This document shows, piece after piece, positions 9,780-18,593 of a DNA stretch of 64,000 nt. Where the stretch lies: contig OZ251535.1 in NCBI GenBank assembly GCA_965243165.1, positions 2,703,371-2,767,370 of the forward strand. The letters run 5' to 3'. The notes under the pieces were generated by a model. It was not told where the DNA came from. It did no database searches and was given only the letters and a program-made list of their open reading frames with translations. A program made the position numbers and the translations under genes. Position 1 is the first letter of the stretch, and each line of letters begins with the position of its first letter. The DNA is from Candidatus Spongiisociaceae bacterium. GTDB taxonomy: Bacteria; Actinomycetota; Acidimicrobiia; Spongiisociales; Spongiisociaceae.

Positions 9780-9871
9780 CCGTTGATGCAGAATAGATTC
9801 TCTTCAAGTTGGGGCGCGTCCTCAGCGGCGAAGCTCCGATTTGCAGTCGTCTCCGTCCGCCGGGCGGAGCC

Positions 9872-10399
9872 TCAGGGTTCCTTGGGGGCTTTCTTTCTGA
9901 GGGTTCGCAGCCAACGCCGCCATCCTTTGGGCTCAGCGGGTTCCGGGCTGGATTCTATCGGATCCGGCTGATCCGCCGACTGGCTCCAAGCGAAGGGCAT
10001 CCGGTCTCTCACCAATACGGCGGTTCCATCCGGGTCGGCGTCCAGCCACCCGGCGGCCTGCCCCTCCTCCATCATCCGCCAGATACGGGCCGCGGGCGCG
10101 GGAAATAAGACAGCCAGCGCTTCTTCCAGTTCTCCAACCGTCCGATCCAACCTGATCCTCGGGCTCCACTCCTCCGTTGTGTACAAACACATGCAGATCA
10201 CCAGCTCCCACTCCCAGATCGGTCCGTTCCAGAAACCGGGTTCAGTCAACTCCTCTGGAAGGCCGTTGAGCGCGTCGAGGCAATACCACTTGCCGCACGT
10301 TGTACACGCCGACAGGCCGCTGTCCGACTTGGGCACCGCCCGCGCCAGGCGCGCCCGGGAGACAGAACCGTCTATCCGTTTGTTACGAGGCCGCGCCAT
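9872..10399 (-). CDS. Hypothetical protein with an N-terminal CxxC (CTTCGKWYC)
   Basis: 175-aa ORF filling the gap between the LRR gene and the aminotransferase. Globular-looking composition; no family recognised. Confidence 0.5.
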   Translation of the reverse strand: MARPRNKRIDGSVSRARLARAVPKSDSGLSACTTCGKWYCLDALNGLPEELTEPGFWNGPIWEWELVICMCLYTTEEWSPRIRLDRTVGELEEALAVLFPAPAARIWRMMEEGQAAGWLDADPDGTAVLVRDRMPFAWSQSADQPDPIESSPEPAEPKGWRRWLRTLRKKAPKEP

Positions 10400-11597
10400 G
10401 CATCTCCCCCGCTTCTTCCTGTCCGCCGGTCTTTCCGACTGTAATCGACCTTTGCCGGCGCCGTCCGAAGCGGTCGATCCCTTCCAAGAGGCGGTCCACG
10501 TCGCCGGGGGTGTTGTAGAGATGGGGGTCGGCCCGCACCCGGTCGTCCTCAGAATATCCCCAGACGTCCACCCCGACCGTCCGCAGACGGCGGCAGAGAT
10601 CGACCGCGCCGCCGCAGCGGAAGGCCGTTACCCCTCCCCGTTCGACCGGCGAGGAGGGGGTGAGAACTTCGATCCCGCGTTCCTCCAGCCCTTCGATGAG
10701 GCGCCCGGTCAGTTCCAGGACGTGGGACTCGACCGCGGGGAGCCCCGCTTCGAGGATGATGTCCACCCCGCGGCGGGCGGCGGCGGCGCAGGGCAGGGCG
10801 GCCAGCCCGATCTCGTGGCGCGCCCCGCCCGGACGGAAAAAGAGGGACTTCGGCCGGGGCGGGCTGTCGACGCAGTCGGCCCCCGCGTACCCGACATGGG
10901 GCGGCGTCAGTTCCGCCCGGATGCGGCGGCGGACGTAGAGGAAGCCGACGCCGGGCGGACCCAGCAGCCATTTCATCACGGTGCCCGCCAGGAAATCCAC
11001 CCCGTCGCCTTCGGCGTCGATCACCGCCGCCCCCGCCGACTGGGCGGCGTCCACGATCAGGCGGGCGCCGGCCTCATGGGCGATGCCGGCCAGGGTCCGC
11101 AGGTCGTGGCGGAATCCGGTGCGGGCGTCGATGTGGGAAACGATCACCGCCGCAGTCCGCCGGTCGACGACGGAAGCCACCCGCTCGGCGGCGGAGGCGT
11201 ATGAACCGGCGGGCGCCTCCCGCACTCCCACCTGGGTGCGGCCGGGCAGCAGCCAGGGCCAGACGGCGCTCGGATGGGAGGTCTCGTCGATGACGATGTT
11301 GGCGCCGGGAGAGGGGTCGATCATCTGGACGGCCAGGTTGGAGGCGCGCGAGGTGTTGTCGACCAGGCTCACCCCGCCCGGATCGCCGCCGAGGACCGCA
11401 GCCAGCCCGGACCGCAACAGACCCCACTCCTCAAAGTAGCGGGCGCGGTGGTAGGCCGGGTCGAACATCCAGCGGTTGGTCCATTCGTCGAGGGCGGCCC
11501 GCACCGGAGAGGCCGCCGGGGCCAGCCCGCCTGCGAACAGGTAGGCGCGGGCCTCGGTGATCGGGAAGAGCGGACGGAAGCGGTCGGTCAGTTCCAC
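10383..11597 (-). CDS. Aminotransferase class V / cysteine desulfurase-like PLP enzyme
   Basis: SHIDARTG, DAAQSAG and PLP-lysine motif GTVMKWLLGPPG. GTG start overlaps the stop of the upstream gene. Confidence 0.85.
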   Translation of the reverse strand: MELTDRFRPLFPITEARAYLFAGGLAPAASPVRAALDEWTNRWMFDPAYHRARYFEEWGLLRSGLAAVLGGDPGGVSLVDNTSRASNLAVQMIDPSPGANIVIDETSHPSAVWPWLLPGRTQVGVREAPAGSYASAAERVASVVDRRTAAVIVSHIDARTGFRHDLRTLAGIAHEAGARLIVDAAQSAGAAVIDAEGDGVDFLAGTVMKWLLGPPGVGFLYVRRRIRAELTPPHVGYAGADCVDSPPRPKSLFFRPGGARHEIGLAALPCAAAARRGVDIILEAGLPAVESHVLELTGRLIEGLEERGIEVLTPSSPVERGGVTAFRCGGAVDLCRRLRTVGVDVWGYSEDDRVRADPHLYNTPGDVDRLLEGIDRFGRRRQRSITVGKTGGQEEAGEMHGAAS

Positions 11598-13222
11598 GCC
11601 GGAATCTCCACCAGGGTGGGGCCTTCGGTTTGGAGGGCCCGCTCCACCGCCCCGGCCAGGGCGCCGGGGTCGTCGGCCCGCGCCCATTCGGCGCCGTAGG
11701 CGGCGGCCAGGCGGGGCAGGTCGGGAACGTTGAGGTCGACCCCCAGCGGCTCGATGCCGCTCTCGATCATCAGGCGGCGGATCTCCCCGTAGGCGCGGTC
11801 GTTCCAGATCACCACCGGCAGGGAGATGCGGCGCTCGGCCGCCGCCGCCAGCTCCGGCATGGTGAACATGAAGCCCCCATCCCCGGTAAGCACCGCCGCC
11901 GCTCGTTCGGGCCGGGCGGTCTTGGCCCCCACCGCCGCCGGAAGGGCGTAACCCAGCGTCCCCAGGCCGGACGGGTTCATCCAGGTGCGGGGGCCTGCCA
12001 GGTCGTAGAAGGGGAAGGCCCCGAAGCCCGCCGCCATCGCAACGTCCAGCGCCAGGCAGGAATCGTCGGGCATGGCCCGCCGCAGGGCCTCGATCCACGG
12101 AAGATAGGGCCGGCCCAGGGGCACCGCCTCCTCGCGGGCGACGGCGCGCACGGAGGCGGCCCACAAGGCGCCGCCGCGGGAGGCGGGGGGCAGCGCCGCT
12201 TCGAGCATCTCGAGGGCGGCGGCGGCGTCGCCTTCGACCGGGGCGTCCACCGGATGGTTGACTCCGAACTGCCCGGCGTCTATGTCGACCTGGATCAGAG
12301 GCCCCTCGAAGCGGGGCGGGCCCGCCCAGAAGTCGGCCGGGCTGAGTTCGGTTCCCACCGCCAGCACCGCATCGCGCCCTTCCAGGAAACCGGCCGCCGC
12401 CCCGTAGACCGCCAGGCCTGCGGAGAGCAGATGGCGGGACGGCAGCGCCCCTTTGCCGTTCAGGGTGGTCACCACCGGAGCGTCGATGTGTTCGGCCAGC
12501 CGGACCACCCGGTCGGACGCGGCCTGGGCGCCGCCCCCGACGATCATCGCGGGCATCTCGGCCGAGGCGAGCAGGGCGGCGGCCCGCTCCACGGCTTTGT
12601 GGCCGGGGCGGGGCGGTGCGGCCTGGGGGGCGGGAGGAATCGGGGCGGCGGTCGGGGCTTCCTGCACGTCGACGGGGACGGCCAGGCACGCCGGACGGGG
12701 CCGCCCCGTCTGGAACCGGCGGAAGGCGTCGTGCACCGCCTGGGGGATGAGGTCGGGCGACCGGAGGAGGACGGAATGGTCGGTTACCCCCTCCAGCACG
12801 CTCTCCTGGGAACGCAGCTCATGGGAGTGGCCCAACCCGAGGCCTATGTCTTCGCTCACGATGTGGGCGGTTATGCAGAGCACGGGGATCGAGTCGGAAT
12901 AGGCTTGGGCGAGCGCCGTGGCCGCGTTGGTCACGCCCGGCCCGGTCGTTACCAGGCACACTCCGGGCCGTCCGGTCGACCGGGCGTACCCGTCGGCCAT
13001 GAAGGCCGCCCCCTGCTCGTGGCAGGCGGTGATGTGCTCGATACCCCCGATGGCGCCAAGCGCCCGGTAGATCTCCAGGGTGTGGGTGCTGGGGATGCCG
13101 AAGACATGGCGGACGCCGTTGACCCGGAGCGATTCGATCAATGCCTCGGCGCCGGTGATCGCAGACCTCCCCAGGAACGGGCTCGGCGCTCGGTCGATGC
13201 TCCTGTCCAAAGGCTGCGTCAT
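11588..13222 (-). CDS. Thiamine-diphosphate-dependent enzyme (acetolactate synthase-like; resembles AruI-type 2-oxoacid decarboxylases)
   Basis: HVFGIPSTH, HEQGAAFMADGYAR, TTGPGVTN, ThDP motif GDGGFMF...VIWNDRAYG. Confidence 0.88.
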   Translation of the reverse strand: MTQPLDRSIDRAPSPFLGRSAITGAEALIESLRVNGVRHVFGIPSTHTLEIYRALGAIGGIEHITACHEQGAAFMADGYARSTGRPGVCLVTTGPGVTNAATALAQAYSDSIPVLCITAHIVSEDIGLGLGHSHELRSQESVLEGVTDHSVLLRSPDLIPQAVHDAFRRFQTGRPRPACLAVPVDVQEAPTAAPIPPAPQAAPPRPGHKAVERAAALLASAEMPAMIVGGGAQAASDRVVRLAEHIDAPVVTTLNGKGALPSRHLLSAGLAVYGAAAGFLEGRDAVLAVGTELSPADFWAGPPRFEGPLIQVDIDAGQFGVNHPVDAPVEGDAAAALEMLEAALPPASRGGALWAASVRAVAREEAVPLGRPYLPWIEALRRAMPDDSCLALDVAMAAGFGAFPFYDLAGPRTWMNPSGLGTLGYALPAAVGAKTARPERAAAVLTGDGGFMFTMPELAAAAERRISLPVVIWNDRAYGEIRRLMIESGIEPLGVDLNVPDLPRLAAAYGAEWARADDPGALAGAVERALQTEGPTLVEIPAWN

Positions 13223-13289
13223 CTGCCCCGGCGGCGCCGAGCCTCGGCGGGGCGATGCCGCAATCGAAGCCTCGACAATCCTAGATGTG

Positions 13290-13632
13290 CAGCTCCAAGG
13301 TTGCCTGACAAGAACCCTCGCGCTACCAAGTCTCGAAGGTTCATTCCAACCCAAAGGCCCCCGAGACCGCGAAAATCAGCCCCCGCCGCTGGCAAACCCG
13401 GGCCCATCCCCCACCGCCGCCTCCTTCAACGAAAAACCGCCGGGCCGCACGAGGCCGCCCCCGGCCCGACGGGGCCGGACCGAACGGAATCCGTCTCTGA
13501 CCGCCGCCCTCTCCAGAACTCGCGGCGGTGTTTGTGCTTCAGTCCAATAGGTATACCAAAATTCGGGGCTTCCGTCTAGGGGTACGTATGTTCGGGGAAC
13601 TTTCGCGGACCCGACCGCTTCGAACCTCCGGC
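13290..13632 (+). repeat. Dispersed ~350-bp intergenic repeat, copy B
   Basis: gcagctccaaggttgcctgacaagaac...tgaccgccgccctctccagaactcgcggcggt...gtataccaaaattcggggcttcc...cgcttcgaacctccggcc. Confidence 0.9.
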
Positions 13633-13699
13633 CTCACCCGGAGCGCCCGCCGCCTGTTGACGGAGATCAGCAAGCAGCGGACATGCCCGCGTGGGTTGG

Positions 13700-14194
13700 C
13701 TACGCGGCCAAATCCAGGTCGCCCCCCGGGAAGTACCAAACATTGCCGGCGGCGTCTTCAAGCTTGGACGACAGGCTCACTTGACGCGAAGCCACATCCA
13801 CCGCAAGGCCTCTGGCGATGTATACCTCGACCACAGGGGCAAAGTCGCCGTCGCCTGAGCCGATGATGATCCGATCGAATCGAGCCGCGATGGAACGAAC
13901 GTCGTCCACCTGCTCGATGAGCGCGATGTCCGCACCGTTGGGCCCTCCCCTGGTGTACAGCTCGGCCGAAGGCCAGAACCACCGGATCAAGGGCTTGACC
14001 TGCTGGCCGACCTGCGGACTCGCGCCGATGACGACCCTGTCACCGCTGGCCACCGGCCCCGTGTATCGGTAACATTCCAGCGCCTGGTAGAAGGCCAGCA
14101 CCCCGGCCCTCGGCCCGCCCGCCAGATTCTCGATGTCGATCAGGTGGATAGTCTGACCGCCCGAAAAATGACTGTTCTTTCCTCTTGTGCCCAT
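13700..14194 (-). CDS. NYN-domain (LabA/DUF88, PIN-like fold) putative ribonuclease
   Basis: Acidic motifs LIDIENL, GPNGADIAL and IGSGDGDFAP typical of NYN. RBS AAGGAG 6 nt before the ATG. Less GC-rich than its neighbours. Confidence 0.85.
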   Translation of the reverse strand: MGTRGKNSHFSGGQTIHLIDIENLAGGPRAGVLAFYQALECYRYTGPVASGDRVVIGASPQVGQQVKPLIRWFWPSAELYTRGGPNGADIALIEQVDDVRSIAARFDRIIIGSGDGDFAPVVEVYIARGLAVDVASRQVSLSSKLEDAAGNVWYFPGGDLDLAA

Positions 14195-14234
14195 CTCATT
14201 CTCCTTTCGTCGTTGACGGATGGGTGTTTGACGC

Positions 14235-14642
14235 TTACTCACATTGCCTGGGCTGCTGTGATCGATGAGGCGCCATCGGTCGAATATGTTCGACGAGGCG
14301 CCATCGGTCGAATATGTTCGACGAGGCGCCATCGGTCGAATATGTTCGACGAGGCGCCATCGGTCGAATATGTTCGATGAGGCGCCATCGGTCGAATATG
14401 TTCGATGAGGCGCCATCGGTCGAATATGTTCGATGAGGCGCCATCGGTCGAATATGTTCGATGAGGCGCCATCGGTCGAATATGTTCGATGAGGCGCCTT
14501 TGGTTGATACGCATTGATTATTCGCATATGGGGTGGTGCATTTCCAACCGATACTCGTTATGCTGTAACAAATGGCCAATGTATAACGCATGTATAGCAA
14601 CCCGGATTGCAACTTCAGCAGAGCTGCTTCCACCGCCCTCAT
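14235..14642 (-). CDS. Putative upstream ORF running through the 28-bp array
   Basis: AAGGAG (14649-14654) 6 nt before ATG 14642, just downstream of a consensus promoter. The product is partly repetitive, so whether it is translated is uncertain. Confidence 0.4.
   Translation of the reverse strand: MRAVEAALLKLQSGLLYMRYTLAICYSITSIGWKCTTPYANNQCVSTKGASSNIFDRWRLIEHIRPMAPHRTYSTDGASSNIFDRWRLIEHIRPMAPRRTYSTDGASSNIFDRWRLVEHIRPMAPHRSQQPRQCE
14264..14498 (-). repeat. Tandem array: 8 full + 1 partial 28-bp units, no spacers
   Basis: + strand unit GAYGAGGCGCCATCGGTCGAATATGTTC starts at 14264, 14292, 14320, 14348, 14376, 14404, 14432, 14460 and 14488 (partial). Y=C in units 2-4 only. Contains the hairpin CGATG-N6-CATCG. 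Confidence 0.97.
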
Positions 14643-14674
14643 CTTGATCTCCTTCCAGAGGTAGTCAGGCGGGC

Positions 14675-14712
14675 ATTATAGCACACTTTCTCCGAATAGT
14701 GGTAATTCGGAG
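14675..14712 (-). promoter_or_regulatory. Extended -10 promoter (TGcTATAAT) with a perfect 8-bp inverted repeat over the -35 region
   Basis: Minus-strand TGCTATAAT at 14683-14675. CTCCGAAT-N7-ATTCGGAG at 14690-14712. Confidence 0.7.
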
Positions 14713-14809
14713 GACGGGGAATCGGCGGAAGACCGACGGGGGGCTTTCGGAGGAGCCGACCAAGCCTGAATTATAAGATTCACCGATAGTTGAAATTACC
14801 AAATATGAC

Positions 14810-16129
14810 TTATCGTGGAGAATCGTTCAGGGCGGCGGAGAGGCCGTCGAACACGGCGGAGGCGGTTTTCAGCGCTTCGTCTATGTGGCGGTCCTCCATC
14901 ACCGATGAGGTGGAGAGATAGGGGAAACCGAAGACGCCGCGGTTGGCGAAGGCCAGGGAGAGGCCGGTCATCAGCAGGGCGGCGCCGGGGAAATCTGCAT
15001 CGGCCGCGCAGCTGGTGAGCGACCCGCCCCCCTCTGCCCGGAGCGGAAGGCCGCTCTTCTCCGCGGCGGCGGCCAGGCCCGACCGCAGGCGGCCGCCCAG
15101 CCGGTCGATCCGCTCATAGGCTTCCGGCGTCAGGAGGCGCAGAGCGGCCAACCCGGCGGCGGCGGTCAACGGGTTGGCGTTGAAGGTTCCCGCCAGGGCC
15201 ACCTTCAAGTCTCCGAAGGGGTCGGTCACCGCCATGATTTCGGCCCGGCCCCCGAAAGCCCCCACCGGCAGACCGCCGCCGATCAGCTTGCCGAGGGCGG
15301 TCATGTCGGGGGCAACGCCGTACCGGCCTTGGGCGCCCCCCGGCCCCAGCCGCAGCGAGATCACCTCGTCGAAGAGGAGCAGCACCCCCGCCTCGGAGGT
15401 CGCTTCCCGCAAGGCTTCCAGGAAACCGGGCGGGGGCTCGGCGAAGCCGCCCGCCGAGCGGAAGGGCGTGAGGATCACCGCCGCCAGCCGCCCTGCGTGC
15501 TTCCTGACCAGGCGGGCCGCCCCCTCTGCATCCCCCCACCGCCCCAACAGCACGTTCTCCGCCAGGTTGGCCGGAACCCCGCCGGTGCTCGGAACCGCCC
15601 CTCCGCCCCCCGGCCCGTGCATGAGCTCGAATCCGTCGTAGGTGCCGTGATAGGCGCCGTCCAACTTCAGCACCGCATCCCGCCCGGTGTAGGCCCGGGC
15701 CACCTTCAACATATGCATGTTGGCCTCGGTGCCCGAGTTGGCGAACCGCACCCGCTCGATCGAAGGTGTCCGCCCGCAGATCGTCTCCGCCCATTCGACC
15801 TCGAGCGGGCCGTGCCCTCCCCAGGCGGTGCCCCGGGCGGCCTGGGCGCGCACCGCGGCCGTGATCTCGGGGTGGGCGTGGCCGTGGACCAGGGCGGTGG
15901 AGTTGTTGTTCAGGTCGAGCCGCCGCACGCCGTCGGCGTCCCAGATGTGAGGACCTTCGCCCCGCTCGAAGTAGAGGGGGTGGGGCTTGGTGGTGATCGA
16001 ATAACGGGTGTCTCCGCCCGGCAGCACCCCTCCGCCCCGCTCGAACAGGGCCGCCGAGCGGGGGGTGAGGCGGCGGTATTCCTCCGCCGTTTCCGCATAC
16101 CAGCGCCGGAGGCCCTCTCCCGCGCTCAT
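14810..16129 (-). CDS. Class III aminotransferase (glutamate-1-semialdehyde aminomutase-like)
   Basis: FANSGTEANM, YHGTYD, FDEVIS, LGKLIGGGLPVGAFGG, GTFNANP. ATGA overlap with the upstream gene. Confidence 0.88.
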   Translation of the reverse strand: MSAGEGLRRWYAETAEEYRRLTPRSAALFERGGGVLPGGDTRYSITTKPHPLYFERGEGPHIWDADGVRRLDLNNNSTALVHGHAHPEITAAVRAQAARGTAWGGHGPLEVEWAETICGRTPSIERVRFANSGTEANMHMLKVARAYTGRDAVLKLDGAYHGTYDGFELMHGPGGGGAVPSTGGVPANLAENVLLGRWGDAEGAARLVRKHAGRLAAVILTPFRSAGGFAEPPPGFLEALREATSEAGVLLLFDEVISLRLGPGGAQGRYGVAPDMTALGKLIGGGLPVGAFGGRAEIMAVTDPFGDLKVALAGTFNANPLTAAAGLAALRLLTPEAYERIDRLGGRLRSGLAAAAEKSGLPLRAEGGGSLTSCAADADFPGAALLMTGLSLAFANRGVFGFPYLSTSSVMEDRHIDEALKTASAVFDGLSAALNDSPR

Positions 16130-17055
16130 CCGCCCGCCAGCCACCGCCGCGGGTTGTCCCGGGTCATCTCATCGATGAGCGGGGCGGGAACCCCCCGGCC
16201 GGCGAGGGCCGGAAGGAAGGTTTCGGACAGGTACACGAACCCGGTTCCGCCGTGCATCCGCAGCTGCCCGAACTTGCACACGTCGTGGGAGAGCATGATC
16301 CGGTTCGAGAAGCCCCGGTCCAGCAGCTCTCTGATCAGGTCGATGATCCGGCTCTCGAACTCCCCCATCCCCCGGTACTGGCCGCAGTTGTCGAACATTA
16401 TGTACACGCCCCGCTCCAGCAGGCCCAGCAGGTAGCGGAGGTGGGGGTAGGCCTCGCAGTGGGCCACCGCAACCCGGCCTAGGTCGGCTCCCTCCTCCTC
16501 GAGGATGGTCAGCTGTTCGGGGGCGACGGGGCCGACGGCGTGGAGCGCCCCCAAGGCCAGGCCGGTGGCGCGGTGCGCCCGAGCGGCCGCCCGCAGCACC
16601 CGCTCTTCGGCGGGCGACACCCAAGACTTCTCCGAGCCGATCTCGCCGATCACCCCCGGCCTGATCCCGGTTTCCCCCGCCCCCTCGGTTATCTCCCGGA
16701 TCAGCTCCTCGGCCAGGTCGCCCGCCGGACGCCGGTCGATCCGCTCCTCCGGCAGGTAGTAGTTCTGGCGGTACCAGCCGCAGCCCATGACGATATGAAC
16801 CCCGGTGCGCTCCGACAGAGCCGCCAGGCGCTCCGGCGACCGTCCGTTGTCGGGGACGCTCAGATCGAAGACGGCACCGCCCCCCAGCGCGGCGAAGGCC
16901 TCCACCTCGGCGGCCAGGACGTCGTCGTCGTCGAACTGGTCACCCCCCGCGTACCGGTAGTCGGCCTGCTGGAGACGGCAGTAGATGTGCTCGTGGGGCA
17001 GGGTGAAACCCAGCTCTGCGGCGGGGACCGGCCCCCTCACCGTCATGACCTCCAT
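16126..17055 (-). CDS. Phosphotriesterase-related (PTE/Php family) amidohydrolase
   Basis: GFTLPHEH, GVIGEIG, AHRATG, VAHC, LSHDVC metal-ligand motifs. Confidence 0.9.
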   Translation of the reverse strand: MEVMTVRGPVPAAELGFTLPHEHIYCRLQQADYRYAGGDQFDDDDVLAAEVEAFAALGGGAVFDLSVPDNGRSPERLAALSERTGVHIVMGCGWYRQNYYLPEERIDRRPAGDLAEELIREITEGAGETGIRPGVIGEIGSEKSWVSPAEERVLRAAARAHRATGLALGALHAVGPVAPEQLTILEEEGADLGRVAVAHCEAYPHLRYLLGLLERGVYIMFDNCGQYRGMGEFESRIIDLIRELLDRGFSNRIMLSHDVCKFGQLRMHGGTGFVYLSETFLPALAGRGVPAPLIDEMTRDNPRRWLAGG

Positions 17056-17113
17056 GGGACAGGAATATACCGGCGGCGACCCGGCGGCGGCGTAGGCTGG
17101 AAGGGTGGAACGG

Positions 17114-18589
17114 ATGCCTCCGGAGCCGAAACCCAGGGGCGGCGGAAACACCGGCGGCGGCCCCGGCCTCTTGGCGGTCGACCTCCTGCTGCGCCATGGG
17201 CGGGTGATAACCATGGACCGGCGGCGGCGCATCCTGGTGGACGGGGCGGTGGCGGTCCGCGACGGGCTGATCGCCATGGCCGGCCCCGACCGGGAAGTGT
17301 CCGCCGCGGTGGAAGCCGCCGCCGTCAGGAACCTGGCGGGCGCCTTGGTACACCCCGGCCTGGTGGACGCCCACGCCCACGCCGGAAGCTCCGAGCTGAG
17401 CCGGGGCCTGGCCCCCAAAGACCACGCCGACTACGGCGCCATCGACGAGCGGCTGTTCGCCTCCGCCGGCCCCGAGACCGACTACCTGGGAACTCTGCTG
17501 TCATGCATGGAGCTGGTGCGCAACGGAGTCACCGCCTACGCCGACACGGGCGGGTCGTTCTTCTTGGAAGAGGCGGTGCGGGCGGTGGAGCAGGTGGGGA
17601 TGCGGGGCATGCCCGGCCATGTGGTGCTCGACGCCAGCCCGTCGGTTCCCGGCCGGGACACGTCATCCGGAGCGATGTCCGAGGAGGAAAGCGAAATGCT
17701 GCTCGCCCCCACCCGGGTGTGCGTGGAACGCTTGGAGGACCAGCTGGCCCGTTATCCCTTCCGGGGCGGGGGCCGGGTGCGGGGGGCGGTAACCATGTAC
17801 GGATGCATGCGCTGCTCCGACGAGCTGTTGGTCGAGGCCCACGCGCTGGCGGACCGGGCCGGAGCGCCCATGATCATGCACCAGTCCTGGGATCCCGAAG
17901 AAGCGGCGGTGTCCGAAGCCCTGTACGGCCGCCGCCCCGTCCGGCACCTGGCCGACCTGGGGGTGCTGGACGGCAACCTCACCCTGGTCCACATGAACCA
18001 GCTCGACCCGTCCGAAGCGGAGCTGGCGGCGCAGGCGGGCGTCCGGGTGGTCCACTGCCCGGCGGCTTCGCTGCGGAGGGGAATGGGCGCCTTCCGCAAC
18101 GGCTTGTTTCCCGAGATGCTGGCGATGGGGGCGCCGGTGGCGCTCGGTTCCGATGGATACAGCGGGCGGCGGGACCTGCTGCGCCAGGCCTATCTGGCGG
18201 CGGTGGGCTTCCGGGAGTTCCGGGGGGAGATGCCGACCTTGACGGGCGAGGCGGTGCTGGAGATGGCCACCCTGCACGGCGCGGCGGCGCTGAACATGGA
18301 AGACGAGATCGGTTCCATCGAGGCGGGAAAGCGGGCCGACCTGGTGGTCCACTCCCTCGACCGCCCGGAGGCCTACCCCCGCTTCAAGGATCCGGTGGAC
18401 AACCTGGTCTACTTCCGGGGGTCGAGCACGGTCGACTCTGTGTTCGTCGACGGCGAGGCCGTCCTCGACCGGGGCCGCTTCACCCGCTTCGACGACGAGC
18501 AGGCCTACCGCATGATCGACGAGGCCGCCGCCCGCTTCGAGGAGGGGGTCGGCCCCGCCCGGTATGCGGTCTGGCCCTTGGTCGAGTGA
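17114..18589 (+). CDS. Amidohydrolase (MtaD/AtzA/TrzA-like deaminase)
   Basis: PGLVDAHAH, MHQS, LVHMNQ, LGSDG, GSIEAGKRADL. Confidence 0.88.
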   Translation: MPPEPKPRGGGNTGGGPGLLAVDLLLRHGRVITMDRRRRILVDGAVAVRDGLIAMAGPDREVSAAVEAAAVRNLAGALVHPGLVDAHAHAGSSELSRGLAPKDHADYGAIDERLFASAGPETDYLGTLLSCMELVRNGVTAYADTGGSFFLEEAVRAVEQVGMRGMPGHVVLDASPSVPGRDTSSGAMSEEESEMLLAPTRVCVERLEDQLARYPFRGGGRVRGAVTMYGCMRCSDELLVEAHALADRAGAPMIMHQSWDPEEAAVSEALYGRRPVRHLADLGVLDGNLTLVHMNQLDPSEAELAAQAGVRVVHCPAASLRRGMGAFRNGLFPEMLAMGAPVALGSDGYSGRRDLLRQAYLAAVGFREFRGEMPTLTGEAVLEMATLHGAAALNMEDEIGSIEAGKRADLVVHSLDRPEAYPRFKDPVDNLVYFRGSSTVDSVFVDGEAVLDRGRFTRFDDEQAYRMIDEAAARFEEGVGPARYAVWPLVE

Positions 18590-18593
18590 TCCG

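Noticed and set aside
14264-14498. 28-bp array as a CRISPR array
   Set aside because: Units are directly adjacent with no spacers, and there are no cas genes in the window. Only the length and the hairpin are CRISPR-like.
14264-14498. TCGAA-TATG-TTCGA in each unit as a LexA SOS box
   Set aside because: The actinobacterial box is TCGAAC-N4-GTTCGA (16 bp). This palindrome is 2 bp shorter, so the half-site spacing is wrong.
14264-14640. Iteron-type replication origin (repeats plus AT-rich tract)
   Set aside because: There is no rep gene, the units are longer than typical iterons, and the AT-rich part is explained by a promoter and ORF. Not excluded, but unsupported.
14810-16129. Calling the class III aminotransferase hemL
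   Set aside because: The context is catabolic with no hem genes, so only a family-level call is supported.
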